Positions 62,277 through 64,000 of a DNA stretch of 64,000 nt are shown piece by piece; position 1 is the stretch's first letter; the number at the start of each line of letters is the position of its first letter. The notes beneath the pieces were generated by a model. That model saw nothing but the letters and a program-made list of their open reading frames with translations, searched no databases and was not told the DNA's origin. The position numbers and the translations under genes are program-made. The stretch is from Squalus acanthias (Eukaryota): NCBI GenBank assembly GCA_030390025.1, contig CM059432.1, positions 50,284,001 to 50,348,000 of the forward strand. Direction: 5' to 3'.

Positions 62277-63585
62277 TCAGACCCGCTCCAGTTAATTGGC
62301 CGGGAAACCCACATGAATCTTTCAATTGATGCAATTCAGTTAAAAGCACAGTGCAGAACGTGCTGTTGAAAACTTCGTGATGGCGACCCGCTACGTGGCC
62401 CGCATGCACCTGATCCGACTCTAAGGTAAAAAATTCCGGCCCTTAATTTCTTCTCAGCTTTTTGAGGTTGGGCAATGAAATTGTGAGAGTTTCATTACAC
62501 CTCATAATTTGAGTGAATCTCATGCAAATTGGTCCAATGCTAAAGTCAGCAATTGTTTTTTACTCGTGCACTCTATTAGATGTGCTTGCCCAAACTGGTG
62601 CTGCTGGAATTTGCCACTGACTTTTCGGAGTGTATTTGACTGTTTACTATTGGATCTAAAGTTTGTTATGAGTTTTTCTGGATATCTTTATCAACATTGT
62701 CCTTGTTGCATTGCTTTCAGCTGATGTTTGGTGCTGTTTATTTGCATTATAAGACTGTTTTCAACTAATCCTTTTTCCACAAAAGTCTTGCAGTCAGCTG
62801 CTATCTCACTTGCAACAAGCGAATTGTTCAGCATGGAAATTCTAAGGCACTCGTAGATTTGGAGGAGGAAAGGGATTTTCTGTGGAAGGTAGCTCGGCAG
62901 GTCAAATTGCACTTGTGGCACTTGGCAACCACTTGCCATCATGTCAGTATTCACATAGTTCAGACCCAGACACATCTGCCTTGACAGGCCAAAAGAGACC
63001 TGCCATCATCATCTATGCTTTTCAAGGTAGCAGGAACTGAGTTATGCCACCTCCATGATCTTGACCTTCAGACAGCTTCAGGCACAGCTGTCTTTGTGCC
63101 CTCTAGAACCTGCACCTTCTGGTCCTTTGCCAAAACCATCTCTTGTAACTGTGAACCCTCCTTTCCATTGCTCTGTGTCACTGGGGGTCTATTTTGTATC
63201 CCCAGTCACACAATATGAATGATCACGCTATGGCCACTGGAAGCTCGCAAGTGCATTGTGTGCATTTCGAGGTCAACAGCTCTCAACATTTTACAGGCAG
63301 GGCTCTGAACTACTGCTAAGCTTGGATTTGGAAAGATTAATTTACAGAGTGAAAGTAAACAGATAAAAACATCAAGGAATTGAATTAGATAAGGAGAGCT
63401 CTCTTCACTACAAATTTCTGGCACCAGTGGTTTAATACTCTTTTCACTTGATTATGTCCGTACATCCTTTACACACATCCTATAATTCAAACCTATAGTG
63501 CATATCCTTATGCTACTCTCTCTATTTAAAGTATCAACAAAGATTTTATTTACAAAATAAATTCCATAAATCACCAAGTGGAGAT

Positions 63586-63712
63586 TACATAGTATTACAT
63601 TACACAGTATTTACAGCACAGAAACAGGCCATTCGGCCCAACAGGTCTCTGCCGGTCTTTATGCTCCACATGAGCCTCCTCCCACGTTACTTCATCTCAC
63701 CCGTAGAAACAT
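63586..63712 (-). mobile_element. CR1 3' tail fragment
   Basis: acagcacagaaacaggccattcggccc, similar to 23681-23770. Confidence 0.65.
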
Positions 63713-64000
63713 ATCAATATTAAAAAATTGTGGTGGTTATTATGACAAAATAATTTTAACTGTGATCCCTGCTTTGTGTGAAGTAAACTAAACTTTAATG
63801 TCTTCAGGCTAGGGGGGAGAAAAATTACTCAGGGTTCCCATCCCCAAATAAGTGCTGAAAAATGCATGAGTGACATCGCATGAAGTCAGCTTCAGTCTTG
63901 TCCCCTGTGGTTGAATATATCACTAACACTCAAGATCTACATGAAGTTTGAGACACATAGGTCAGGTACTGCAGAAATTCCAGGGCTCATGGAATACTGC

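Larger units (their letters stand above)
49574..62441. mobile_element. Two-gene Harbinger copy D (decayed), host of nested CR1, Harbinger C and Penelope fragment
   Basis: TIRs GGCCAGAATTTT / AAAATTCCGGCC with CTT TSD (49571-49573, 62442-62444); Myb exon 1 rejoins in frame across the CR1. Confidence 0.9.

Noticed and set aside
62815..62940. Possible very old Myb exon-1 remnant (LKALVDLEEERDFLWKVARQV)
   Set aside because: Too degenerate to support

Overview
Eukaryotic, repeat-saturated DNA, most likely from a shark or ray: it carries HE1/V-SINE- and SacSINE1/DeuSINE-like SINEs plus CR1, L2 and Penelope retroelements. I recognise no host protein-coding gene, rRNA, true tRNA or CRISPR array. The window is dominated by PIF/Harbinger DNA transposons: three two-gene copies (HARBI1-like DDE nuclease facing a 3-exon Myb/SANT-like gene), one truncated copy, four larger non-autonomous copies and several MITEs. 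The main structure is a nest at 49574-62441. A decayed Harbinger (TIRs plus CTT TSD) holds a full-length CR1 LINE in its Myb exon 1. That CR1 holds (i) a Harbinger with both genes intact (386-aa DDE nuclease, 517-aa spliced Myb-like protein) that has lost its left TIR and TATA region, and (ii) a ~100-bp Penelope terminal fragment with a minimal hammerhead ribozyme. Also present are a second hammerhead, two solo LTRs (one with a foamy-virus-like R-region layout) and a 51-bp fold-back hairpin. Family names come from motif recognition, not database searches. Coordinates of decayed repeats are approximate.
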